NCBI GenBank assembly: GCA_964486045.1
Contig: CAZALK010000016.1
Location: 67,853-131,852, forward strand
Direction: 5' to 3'
Length of the DNA stretch: 64,000 bases
Origin: an uncultured archaeon
Lineage (GTDB): Archaea; Asgardarchaeota; Lokiarchaeia; Sigyniarchaeales; SOKP01
Numbering within the stretch: position 1 is the first letter of the stretch; every line of letters begins with the position of its first letter. The translations under genes were made by a program, and so were the position numbers. The notes under the pieces are model-generated. The model was not told where the DNA came from. It searched no databases and saw nothing but the letters and a program-made list of their open reading frames with translations. Of this stretch, positions 31,530 to 41,095 are shown one piece after another.

Positions 31530-31670
31530 TTATGTCTCATTTTTAAGCTTTTTCTTATTTAACCGTTGCCGAATTCGGATTACATGCTCAGATCTTTCAA
31601 TACAGGATTTTAATTGCTTATCACAACAATTCCAACTCGAACAATCTTTAGTAGTTTTATGTCTTGCCAT
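31530..31670 (-). CDS. Possible small Cys-containing basic protein (46 aa)
   Basis: Manual ORF MARHKTTKDCSSWNCCDKQLKSCIERSEHVIRIRQRLNKKKLKNET*; no family recognised. Confidence 0.3.
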   Translation of the reverse strand: MARHKTTKDCSSWNCCDKQLKSCIERSEHVIRIRQRLNKKKLKNET

Positions 31671-32125
31671 GATTCATCATCTTAATTCTCAATTAAAATA
31701 ATAATAGATTTAATAATAAAATGAAAAATAAACTATTAGAAAGTTCGATTTATTGACTAACAGATAATTAGATGGAATAAATACAATAAATAACTCTTTA
31801 AATATCTAAAGTTATATTTTCTAAATTACCTAAAATAATACAAAAATAAGATTATTCCTCAAAACGTTTTTTTAATTTTAGTTTCATCAATTTTTTGCGG
31901 ATGTTTTTGATATGCATATTGTTTTCAATATTATTCTTTAAAGAATTGTTATTATATCTCCAGCCATTTCGTTTTCCGTTATGATTAGAATCCATTGTCG
32001 CAAAAACCTTAAAATTTTTATTTATATTTATTTGTAATTAGACCCTTAACATATTTAAAACGATCGTTACGACAAAAAGTCTTACTACGATCTATAAATA
32101 AGAAATTTTTAGGAAAGTATAAATA

Positions 32126-34303
32126 TTAGAAAGTCTTTATTTTGAAGTGGAATTCAAGGCTCTTATCAATTTTGAAGAGAAAAGTAACATTTAATCCTTG
32201 ATAGATCTCTTTAAAACCTTCATCTGTAAATGCATTAGCGATTATCGGGAATTTAAAAATTTTTTTTGGATCTTTATCACTTATAATATCAATTTCTATA
32301 CGTAAGTCATAAGATTCATCAAATGCTTTAAATTGTGTACCTTTATATTCAAATGGTTCTAGAAGATCTTTTTCTAAATCACCTTTTAATTCTATTTGGT
32401 CACATTCCCATTGGAACTTATTTGTGTCCCCGTTAAAGAAAATAGGAAAATCTATTGCTACATTTAGATTTTTGATTATTCTCTTTAGGATTTCTTCCTT
32501 CCCGGGGATTTCCTCAAAATTTATTCGAATTCGAACCTCAATCTCGTTATCTTCCACATAAATATCTTTAGTAACGCGAACAGGGTTTCTATCATTAGTT
32601 TCAGTGTCTTTAATGGTACCGATTTTTTCCATTTCTAATATAGCAATTTTTCCTTCTTTCTCACTGCTGGTTACACGAAAATCACCATCGACAAAATCTC
32701 CAAATTCGAAATACCTATCGGACTGGAGTTTATCAAGGGATACATCATCATGCAAAAATCTAAGACGTAGCATGCTCCTTCTAAATCTGTCGACTAACAC
32801 ATATTTAGCTTCTAACTTTTTACTGTCATGGTAAGCCTCTGGCCACCGTGTTAATGTATTTAAAATATTATATGATTTTGGCTTATAATCAAGCTCAAAA
32901 ATAGTGCCCCCGTCACTAGGATTTATATACAGATTATAAATATCGGATTCAATAATATATTCTGTTTTACTGTCTTTATTGAAATCAACAGGAGTTACGT
33001 AAATGTATGACGTAAGATTTGGATTAATAAGTGCATTTATAGTATCCATAATCTTCTCAGCATTTATTAAGTGTGTATAGACAGAAAATCTTAAGAATTG
33101 TAAATAAACTCCTCCAAATAAACCATGCCAATAACAATCATTACATTGAGCTTTATATATTTCATCCCATGCTTCATTAATTTTCTTTAAAATTATTGAA
33201 ATTACGCTATCTTTCTCCACTTTTAGAAGGCTTTCTTCGGTGTAAATAAGTTTATTCCTAACATATAACATTTTCTTATGCATATTATTGGATTCTGGAT
33301 ATTTTACAAGGAAATATCTCCAAAATCCTCCCTTTAAAAATTGATATATTTCACTTTCGGTTTCATCATCTAGTAGAGTCTTTCTAATTTTTTTAAATTT
33401 CTTGCGAATTTGAGTGGGTAAAACCCATTCTTCCATTCTATCGTAGCTTGCGGTCGGAAGGTAAATTAAACTCTTAGCCGGGAACTTTTCCATATATTCT
33501 GTTAGTGTAATAGATTTAATCCAAGAATTACTTCTAACTTGTTCAAATAAAGCGGGAATAAAAGGTCTCCCATTATCACCTTCTTGATGTCCTTTTCCTT
33601 CCACATAACATATTTCATGAGTTGTCCCCCATCCACCCATCTTTTCAGCGTCAGAGATTAATAAAGCAATTCTATCTCCTTTTTCATCTGCTGCTTTGCG
33701 CAAGTAATCAACTGACATATAAGTAGGTTTCCAAGGTGTTAAATACCTTAATGTCTCATTGATTGGAAAGACTCTTAAGGTTTTTCCTTCATCTTCAGTA
33801 ACATAGGAATAAAGTGTATTCTCCTCAGTAATTCCTGTTGATCTAAAATGATTATCATCAACAATTACATACTTAAGACCAACATCATTAAGAAAAGAGG
33901 GATAGGCGGGTTCCCACACTCGCTCTGATAACCATGCTCCTTTTACTTCAATGTTAAATTCATTATTTATCAAATTCGATAATTTTTTTATTTGAGCGAT
34001 TCTATCTCGATAGGGTATAATAGCAAATATAGGCTCGTAGTATCCTCCACCTATTATCTCTATTTGCCTTCTTTTTGCCATGATTTTTAATTTATCGATA
34101 AATTCCGGTTTATTTTCCAAAAACCATTCTAGTAAATTACCTGAAAAATGAAGAGTAAATTTAACCTCTGGAAATTGAAAAATATTATCAATTAATGGTT
34201 TATATGATTTTTCATATACATCTTCGAAAATGAAATCGATCTGTCCAATAGGTTGATGAAAATGAAACACTATTGGAAGGTTTATGCTTACTTCCTCATT
34301 CAA
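32126..34303 (-). CDS. GH57 alpha-amylase/4-alpha-glucanotransferase
   Basis: HFHQP, GGGYYEPI, WLSERVWEP, DAEK, ASY..MEEW and AQCND.YWHG.FGG motifs. Confidence 0.93.
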   Translation of the reverse strand: MNEEVSINLPIVFHFHQPIGQIDFIFEDVYEKSYKPLIDNIFQFPEVKFTLHFSGNLLEWFLENKPEFIDKLKIMAKRRQIEIIGGGYYEPIFAIIPYRDRIAQIKKLSNLINNEFNIEVKGAWLSERVWEPAYPSFLNDVGLKYVIVDDNHFRSTGITEENTLYSYVTEDEGKTLRVFPINETLRYLTPWKPTYMSVDYLRKAADEKGDRIALLISDAEKMGGWGTTHEICYVEGKGHQEGDNGRPFIPALFEQVRSNSWIKSITLTEYMEKFPAKSLIYLPTASYDRMEEWVLPTQIRKKFKKIRKTLLDDETESEIYQFLKGGFWRYFLVKYPESNNMHKKMLYVRNKLIYTEESLLKVEKDSVISIILKKINEAWDEIYKAQCNDCYWHGLFGGVYLQFLRFSVYTHLINAEKIMDTINALINPNLTSYIYVTPVDFNKDSKTEYIIESDIYNLYINPSDGGTIFELDYKPKSYNILNTLTRWPEAYHDSKKLEAKYVLVDRFRRSMLRLRFLHDDVSLDKLQSDRYFEFGDFVDGDFRVTSSEKEGKIAILEMEKIGTIKDTETNDRNPVRVTKDIYVEDNEIEVRIRINFEEIPGKEEILKRIIKNLNVAIDFPIFFNGDTNKFQWECDQIELKGDLEKDLLEPFEYKGTQFKAFDESYDLRIEIDIISDKDPKKIFKFPIIANAFTDEGFKEIYQGLNVTFLFKIDKSLEFHFKIKTF

Positions 34304-34418
34304 TTAATTCTCATCTCTTCAATAATATAGGATTTAAAGGTTTTGAGCAATTCATGAGACTATCAAGTTATATTGAATACTAAATTTAATATAATTTGAA
34401 ATTTAAAAATATAAAGAA

Positions 34419-36830
34419 TCATAAATTTAAAAAATGATCTAAATCAAGTTGTTTTTCTTCAAATTCTTTTCTATTTATTTCTTTAAAAGTAAAAAATTCA
34501 TTGAAATTTTCTTTAATTAAACCTTTTTGCTTCAAATCCTCCTTTAGTTCTTTAGTATTATGAGTGTTAATGGAGGATAAATCATAGCTATAGAGAGCTT
34601 TCAGTAAATCCAAATCATGATCGTAATTAAATTCAATTATTTTATCATAGAGAGCTTTATCTTTACCTTCTAAACCAATGAGATCTGCTCCTAAATTATG
34701 ACTAATAACTCTCACATTCTCAGGATACTTAATCCTATTGTCTATTGGTAAGTGTTTAACTTCGCCATGCAAAAACCACCTAGTTCCAACAATAAATAAG
34801 AAAGTGTCTACTGATTGATATTTCTCAATCTTATCGATAAGGTTTTCATAACTAATATCACTAGTAAAATCAAATTGAGTACTTTTTATATGATCTAAAT
34901 TCTTAGAGTTTAATTCTAGACATTCTCTTAAGTTCTCCCCGGTTTGAGTGTTTAATAACCTTTGATGTATAAATTGATTATCTTCAAGTATTAATCCATC
35001 AGGTCTTCTTTTATCAGGATATATATTTGGTTCTGCAAAATACTTCTGATTTGGAAGTTTATTAATTGTTCTTGTTATAAGAGAGTTTATATTTAAATGT
35101 ACAAATGACCCCATTTCAAGATTTTTGTCAATAGGAAACCGTTCTCTATGAAGTTCAATATTATTCTGAAAAACGTCTCTTTGAGAAATATTTGAAACAG
35201 AAGTTGAACTTACACCATTCTTTTCTGCAATTTCTTTTATATTTAACTTTGGATTCGCAATGTCATTGATAATATTATTCTGCGTGGTCTTAGTAATTGA
35301 TTCATAAGCTTTCCATGTGTTTTCATATTCATGCTTAGATATCTTTTTTTTAGCCAACTTGCAAATATAATCTGTAGATACTTTAAATTGTCTCCCAATT
35401 TCGTTTAAAGACCGAGGATTTAGTTTGTTAATTTCGTTTTCTATGGTTTTTGTTATTTTCAAGGCAAGTTCGTTTGGTATTTCATTCGTTAGTGGAGCCC
35501 ATATTTTATCATGAAGGTCTTTAGGGATAATGTGTTTAGCAAGTCTTTTAATTGTATCTGGTCCTACATCAGGGAAATCTTTATGAATGTCTCTTAGTGT
35601 TCTGGGATGTTCTTTTACACTTTCATCCTTAATAGTTTTCAATATATCATTTTTAATTTCATCAGGTATTTTTTTTATTGCTGGCCATAATTCTTTATGT
35701 TTAGCAGGATAGAGTTCTCTCGCTAATTCCATAACATATGTGTGAGACACACCGGGAAAGTCATTTGAAATGCTCCTTAAAGAATTAGGATTTTCTTTTT
35801 GGACTTCTAAATCCAAACACTTCTCTATTTCTTTTTTTACTTCGCTAGATACAGTACCACTTGTCGACGGCCACATACTTTTATAAACATCTTGAGATAT
35901 TTCACCCTTGGCTATATTATCAATCATTGTTTTTGATACATTTGGAAAATCTTTCGCAATCTTATAAAGAGAATTATGTTGACTTCCTTTATTATAATTC
36001 TCTACTTCTTCCCTTAAGCGTTTCATGACATTTTCTTTAGTTTCAGTATCTAATGTGAGAGCAAATCTCTGTTGATGCTTGTCTTTGTTATGATTATAAA
36101 CTTCATTTAAGGATATATTTCCAACAGTTTTTCGACTGATGGATAAACCCATTTCTTTTAGTCTAATTGAAATTTGTGTTTGAGAGAAATCTGAATTTTC
36201 GATTCTATCTTTTATGAAGTTGGAAATTCCTTGATTCTTATTAATATCTTCAATCTTTCTGATAATTTCTGGATTTTTTCTATTTCTTCCAACCCAATCA
36301 ATGAAGTCCTTTCTAAGGTTCTTTCCGTAATTCGCATATTTTCCAGTTTCATTATGGTAGGAGATAAATATGTTTGTAATTTTTCCCTCAAGTAAATTTC
36401 TGTATTCACTATCATTACTTTCTTTTATAATTTCCTTTGGGTAATCTTCTATTTTTTCTTTTTCAGATTTCCTATTATCTATAATGGTATCATTTTTCTT
36501 CTCAGAACTGTCTTTTTTCCAATCAATTTCATCCCATTTATTTATAGTTTTCTTCTCGGAAATATCTTTATTCCAATCAATCTCACCCCATTTGCTCACA
36601 CTTTTCTTCCCGGAATTATCTTTATTCCAATTAATCTTATCCCATTTATTTTCATTTTTTTGTTTATTATGCTCCTTTGTACCATTATTGGGTTTAATAT
36701 CATTTTTTGACTCATTTTCATTTACACTTTTAGATACATCCTTAGATACTTCTTTATCTTTATCAATTTTCACGATTTCCTTATTATCTTTAACCGATTC
36801 CTTAGCCTTATTTTTTATATTACTTCCCAT
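34419..36830 (-). CDS. Tandem-HTH-repeat protein with putative C-terminal PD-(D/E)XK nuclease
   Basis: About six ~60-aa repeats (SL..I..DFP.VS...I..LAK......W) followed by G..H...E......RPDGLI...FDFT; charged, repetitive N-terminus. Confidence 0.6.
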   Translation of the reverse strand: MGSNIKNKAKESVKDNKEIVKIDKDKEVSKDVSKSVNENESKNDIKPNNGTKEHNKQKNENKWDKINWNKDNSGKKSVSKWGEIDWNKDISEKKTINKWDEIDWKKDSSEKKNDTIIDNRKSEKEKIEDYPKEIIKESNDSEYRNLLEGKITNIFISYHNETGKYANYGKNLRKDFIDWVGRNRKNPEIIRKIEDINKNQGISNFIKDRIENSDFSQTQISIRLKEMGLSISRKTVGNISLNEVYNHNKDKHQQRFALTLDTETKENVMKRLREEVENYNKGSQHNSLYKIAKDFPNVSKTMIDNIAKGEISQDVYKSMWPSTSGTVSSEVKKEIEKCLDLEVQKENPNSLRSISNDFPGVSHTYVMELARELYPAKHKELWPAIKKIPDEIKNDILKTIKDESVKEHPRTLRDIHKDFPDVGPDTIKRLAKHIIPKDLHDKIWAPLTNEIPNELALKITKTIENEINKLNPRSLNEIGRQFKVSTDYICKLAKKKISKHEYENTWKAYESITKTTQNNIINDIANPKLNIKEIAEKNGVSSTSVSNISQRDVFQNNIELHRERFPIDKNLEMGSFVHLNINSLITRTINKLPNQKYFAEPNIYPDKRRPDGLILEDNQFIHQRLLNTQTGENLRECLELNSKNLDHIKSTQFDFTSDISYENLIDKIEKYQSVDTFLFIVGTRWFLHGEVKHLPIDNRIKYPENVRVISHNLGADLIGLEGKDKALYDKIIEFNYDHDLDLLKALYSYDLSSINTHNTKELKEDLKQKGLIKENFNEFFTFKEINRKEFEEKQLDLDHFLNL
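36497..36650 (-). repeat. Three 54-bp (18-aa) coding tandem repeats
   Basis: KWDKINWNKDNSGKKSVS / KWGEIDWNKDISEKKTIN / KWDEIDWKKDSSEKK. Confidence 0.85.
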
Positions 36831-36866
36831 TTTTAAACCTCAATTTCTTTTAAGGAAATTTAATAT

Positions 36867-38831
36867 TTATTCAAATTTTTGTTCTAATTCTTTCTCATCG
36901 TCAGTTCTACTTAAATATCGTTCACTATTGGTTCCGTTTATAATTAAAGCATATCTAGGAGAGAGATTGAGTAGCATTTCCCTCTCTTTTACATTTCCTG
37001 TGAATAATTCATTACTTGGGTATCCTAAACTAAAGAGTATTTTAATTGCTGCAGAATCTATTGCACTATCAAGGAGTAGGTAAGGTTTTTGTTCTGCAAT
37101 TAATAATCCTAGACCTTTAGATCGACATTCTTCAATAGTTTTAGAAAATATCGCATTGATTCTGTTTTTCATGATAAATTCAGCAGATTCGGGATCATGA
37201 TCCCTCGATTTTCCTATTACTCTGTGAGCTTCGTCTATTGTAATAAGATGTCTCAATTTATTAGAATGATCAAAAGGAGTCAACGTTTCTATCATTTGAA
37301 ATATTAACATAGTGAGTAAGTGCTGTTCTTTATCATCACAATCTGTTAAATCAATCAATATTTTGTCTCCCTTTCTCCATCTTAAAAACCACTCTGGTAT
37401 TTCCCATTGAAATCTGAGAGTCTTTTCGAGCTCAAGGTTAGTAAATAATTCATCTATTCGACGCCTGAAAGCAGTTAAAATTGTTTTTTGAGTATCTGGA
37501 TCATATGGTTTTGCTCTTATGTTATTCTCAACGCAATTAAAAAACTCTGTGATCTGTGAAGGAAAGGCTCCAAAATCAGAATAGCATCTTTGAAGTGTTT
37601 CAGAAATTATGACGGGTCCTACATATTTTAATCCTAAACAAGCTGCTAAAACACTACTATTACCAGAAATCGACTTTTTTATTCTATTACCCGTTATTAT
37701 ATAAGGAACTTTAAATCTCTCAGAGGGGAACTTATATGTATCGACCATGGGAAGATCTGCTCCTAAATCTGGTTTTACAAGATTTATAATTAATATTCCC
37801 ACATCTGGTCTTTTGATATTCAATTCTTTTATTATTATTTTGATTAATGTTGATTTTCCTGTACCACTTTTTCCAAAAATATTCAAATGAGTATTCAAAC
37901 AATCAATTTCTATTGTAGCTTTTTCATAACTAAGAATACCATCTATCAGTTTGCTTCCAAGAATTATATAGTGTGAGTCATTCTTAAGTATAGGAGAATT
38001 AATCAGATTTCTATTCACAAGGATAGGTGGTTTTGGTAAAGGGAGATCAATTGGGATAGTAAAATCAATCTTTTCCGGTGTAATATAATTAGGTAAAAAT
38101 TCTCGAGGAACTGATTGGTATGAATCAATCTTAAAGTTAGATCTTGTGGGAAATACATCACAAATTAAAATATCTTTCCAATTATATGGTGATAATAATT
38201 CAAAATCTACTTTTATATGTGGAGGGATAGACATATCTGAAATTAGATATTTCAACACTGCTCTATATAGTGGTTTTAGGTTCTCGATTTCCACGGAATA
38301 ACCTTTACGGGGCTTTAAGCTAACAAAAATTTTTAACATATACCGATCAATTTTTACTGGTTTAAGCAAATCATCTCTTTTCCATAAAATAAACATGTTT
38401 AAATCCAGTTTTCTTCGTGGAGTTCTATAGTAATTAAGTAATTTCCTAAGAAAATGTAATTTTAGGGGAGGATTAGACGGAATTTTAATTTCATAAAGTG
38501 GTACTTTTATCTCTAAGTATTTTAAATAAAGAGGAAATGTCCTAACCAATCCATCTAATCCTTTGAATTTTTCTTGTAGAGACAATAGTAGAGCATACCC
38601 TAGTTCTTTAGCCTCTAAATCAGTCTTAGCAAATAAGAAAAAATCCCATGAAAAGCACTCATTTATTTTAAATTCCACTCCGTATGTAGTGCCATCCCCG
38701 AATAGATCACATAACCAAGAGGAATTCAGTAATTGATTAAACTTTGCTTTAGGATCAACAATTAATTCATTCTTTACGCATGGTAATGTCTGTGTAATGC
38801 TTATCCTTGACTGATATCCCATAATTTTCAT
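36867..38831 (-). CDS. HerA/VirB4/FtsK-superfamily (DUF87-like) ATPase
   Basis: HLNIFGKSGTGKST Walker A, ITIDEAH Walker B, ECRSKGLGLLIAEQKP arginine-finger/Q motif. Confidence 0.88.
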   Translation of the reverse strand: MKIMGYQSRISITQTLPCVKNELIVDPKAKFNQLLNSSWLCDLFGDGTTYGVEFKINECFSWDFFLFAKTDLEAKELGYALLLSLQEKFKGLDGLVRTFPLYLKYLEIKVPLYEIKIPSNPPLKLHFLRKLLNYYRTPRRKLDLNMFILWKRDDLLKPVKIDRYMLKIFVSLKPRKGYSVEIENLKPLYRAVLKYLISDMSIPPHIKVDFELLSPYNWKDILICDVFPTRSNFKIDSYQSVPREFLPNYITPEKIDFTIPIDLPLPKPPILVNRNLINSPILKNDSHYIILGSKLIDGILSYEKATIEIDCLNTHLNIFGKSGTGKSTLIKIIIKELNIKRPDVGILIINLVKPDLGADLPMVDTYKFPSERFKVPYIITGNRIKKSISGNSSVLAACLGLKYVGPVIISETLQRCYSDFGAFPSQITEFFNCVENNIRAKPYDPDTQKTILTAFRRRIDELFTNLELEKTLRFQWEIPEWFLRWRKGDKILIDLTDCDDKEQHLLTMLIFQMIETLTPFDHSNKLRHLITIDEAHRVIGKSRDHDPESAEFIMKNRINAIFSKTIEECRSKGLGLLIAEQKPYLLLDSAIDSAAIKILFSLGYPSNELFTGNVKEREMLLNLSPRYALIINGTNSERYLSRTDDEKELEQKFE

Positions 38832-38939
38832 TCACCATTTCACATTGTTTTCTTCTATTTTACTTTAGAAGAATATGATAAAAGTATTTAAAGAAAAATA
38901 TAAGGGAGATATATGAAAAGATCTTGACTATTGAAGATG

Positions 38940-39366
38940 TCAAACTACAGCCACTAACAGGGGGACTTTTTTTAAATTAACATTTATTTAAGGACATATA
39001 AAAACACAAAACTTTATTATTTCTATATGTTTTAATAGATCTCTCATCTATATGAATATAAGTGGGAGAGATTTCTAAATAACTTATTTCAACTACATGA
39101 CTATTACTACATGAACCATAAAAATAATAGTCATGATGAGGATTGAATATTCGATGAAATTTTCCGAGTTTTATGGATACTACATTTTGTTCGGAGTTAT
39201 CTGATTCTTTGGGAATAACTTGAACATCGAGTCTTTCAATTTCTATCAGTCCCACTTTTTCCATAAATCTATTTAGTAATCCAGAGGTTCGATCTAAAAC
39301 TACAAATCCAGGAAGTCTAAATCTTTCAAAGAACCTTTTTTTCACTTGGGACTGAATCGTGCTCAT
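38940..39366 (-). pseudogene. Degenerate duplicate of the 3' third of the adjacent TFB-like gene
   Basis: MSTIQSQVKKRFFERFRLPGFV vs MSTIQFQVKKRIFERFRLPGFV; reads MSLNKC*FKKSPPV across TAA, aligning with MTLGEFFPRKGPPL. Confidence 0.85.
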
Positions 39367-39430
39367 CCGTATATTACAGATTTTTTTTTCACCTAAATAA
39401 AAAAAGACTATATCCTTAATACTTAAGTTG

Positions 39431-40675
39431 TCAAGTTATATTTACCAGCGGAGGTCCTTTCCGTGGAAAAAACTCACCTAAAGTCATGTCTTCCCACACG
39501 TCCATATTACTCCTAACCTTTTTGGTAGATCTCCTGCTCCTTTGATTATGATTAAGAACTTCTAAATAGCATAGCGTAATAGTTTCATTATCACCAACAC
39601 ATCCAGTGAGATAATGCTCATTATGGGGATTAAATACCTGCTGAGCGTTCCTTAATTTAACTGATACTATATTTGTACCTGAATCATCATCAGGCTCTTC
39701 TTGAACTATTTCTACTTCAAGCTGTTTAACTTCTAAAACCCCTACTTTCTCCATAAAGCCTTTCAATAGATCAGAGGATCGTACCAAACTTACAAATCCA
39801 GGAAGTCTAAACCTTTCAAAAATCCGTTTTTTTACTTGGAACTGAATCGTACTCATCTTTATATTCAACAAGTCGCAAATTGAGCTCACACTAATCACAT
39901 CTTTATAACTGCATAGTGCTGTTATCGATGTACACAGCCCAGCAATCACATCATCAGTAGTATTTTTAATATTATCCCATAATTTTGACAATATTTTACG
40001 TGAAAGAAAGTAAAATGACATATCAAGCCCAAAATGCTCCGTAATTTCCAATATTTTCTGAGCTACATAGTCTTGCCTGTTCCTCTTTGTATATTCCGGC
40101 AAATATTGCCGAACTTGAAGAATAAAGTTATTAAATTCTTCTTTGGAGAGCAATGAGATATTTATAATATCTTTCCTCTTAATTGCGATATTCTTAAGCT
40201 TCAAAACCATATAAATAATTATTGTTGAGAGCTTCTCAGGATTCCTATACCTTGAACCTACCTGTAATTGCGGAAATATTTCCCGAAACTTCTCTCTTAT
40301 ATGACCTTCACAGGTCCGTGGTAAGGTTAAACAATCGAATATCCTAGATATTTCCTTTATAGCACGAACTTCCGCAGATTCTTTATTTGAGAGCTGGGAA
40401 TTGTACCTACTTATCCTCTTAAGTTGGTATGATTGAGGGTGCAAACTTCTTTCCCTAACCGTGCCGATCTGAGTAGCGCCGAACTGAACTGAATACTGCA
40501 CTACTTCAGTATTATAGGGTTGATCATATTGTAGCTTCTGAAACGGGAGTACCACCCCACATCTTCGGCATACATACCCTTGAACTTCATCGGCAATATC
40601 ATCAGAACCACAAAGATCACATTTCAATCCAGACTGATCCAATGGTTTACTGCTATAGACTTTATTTACGGTCAT
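39431..40675 (-). CDS. Divergent transcription initiation factor IIB (TFB) paralog with C-terminal extension
   Basis: N-terminal CDLC..CRRCG zinc ribbon, two cyclin-fold-like helical repeats, terminal SICDLLNIKMSTI HTH. Confidence 0.75.
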   Translation of the reverse strand: MTVNKVYSSKPLDQSGLKCDLCGSDDIADEVQGYVCRRCGVVLPFQKLQYDQPYNTEVVQYSVQFGATQIGTVRERSLHPQSYQLKRISRYNSQLSNKESAEVRAIKEISRIFDCLTLPRTCEGHIREKFREIFPQLQVGSRYRNPEKLSTIIIYMVLKLKNIAIKRKDIINISLLSKEEFNNFILQVRQYLPEYTKRNRQDYVAQKILEITEHFGLDMSFYFLSRKILSKLWDNIKNTTDDVIAGLCTSITALCSYKDVISVSSICDLLNIKMSTIQFQVKKRIFERFRLPGFVSLVRSSDLLKGFMEKVGVLEVKQLEVEIVQEEPDDDSGTNIVSVKLRNAQQVFNPHNEHYLTGCVGDNETITLCYLEVLNHNQRSRRSTKKVRSNMDVWEDMTLGEFFPRKGPPLVNIT

Positions 40676-40697
40676 TTTTTTCGATCACTATTTTTTA

Positions 40698-40729
40698 ATT
40701 TCACTAAAAAAACTTATTTCACTAAAAAA
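40698..40729. promoter_or_regulatory. Two 14-bp direct repeats upstream of the TFB-like gene
   Basis: ATTTCACTAAAAAA at 40698-40711 and 40716-40729. Confidence 0.4.
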
Positions 40730-40782
40730 TATAAGTGACGGAGTATGCCTTTTAAACCTATCTATCACGATCAAATTCTATG

Positions 40783-40927
40783 AGTAGAGCGGTTGTACTC
40801 CCCAAATTGAGTTTTGACAAAAAGGTAGAATCCCACTTTTTTTCATCCTATTTTCATGAGGTGCCTTTGTGGGTATCTTTACCTCACTCAACAAGACTAT
40901 TCCAATGAAAATTAGAGCCCGTCTACT
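40783..40927 (-). ncRNA. Candidate structured RNA (nested long stem-loop) upstream of TFB paralog
   Basis: Nested complementary pairs AGTAGAGCGG/CCGTCTACT, TTGAG/CTCAA and AGGTAGAATCCCAC/GTGGGTATCTTTACCT; GC elevated over flanks. Confidence 0.4.
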
Positions 40928-41095
40928 TACTGGTCAGATTTCTTTACTGTTTTCTAAAAGTAGGAGATAGATATTATTTCAAATATGTTACTTGACTTCA
41001 GAAACCTAAACATCGACTTTTTTTTTGAAATTTTATTTGTCCTCCAGCACTTTTGATGAGATTAGATTTTCCACCATAATTACTTTTTTTTAATA

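Noticed and set aside
31530-31670. Ribosomal protein L40e-like call for the small Cys/basic ORF
   Set aside because: Cys spacing does not fit the CxxC...CxxC ribbon.
36497-36650. Regularly spaced repeats as a CRISPR array
   Set aside because: They are in-frame coding repeats without unique spacers, and no cas genes are present.
36484-37083. 199-aa hydrophobic plus-strand ORF
   Set aside because: Antisense shadow of the Lys/Glu/Asn-rich minus-strand coding sequence; the same applies to the other short antisense ORFs in the track (e.g. 23382, 10655, 9491).
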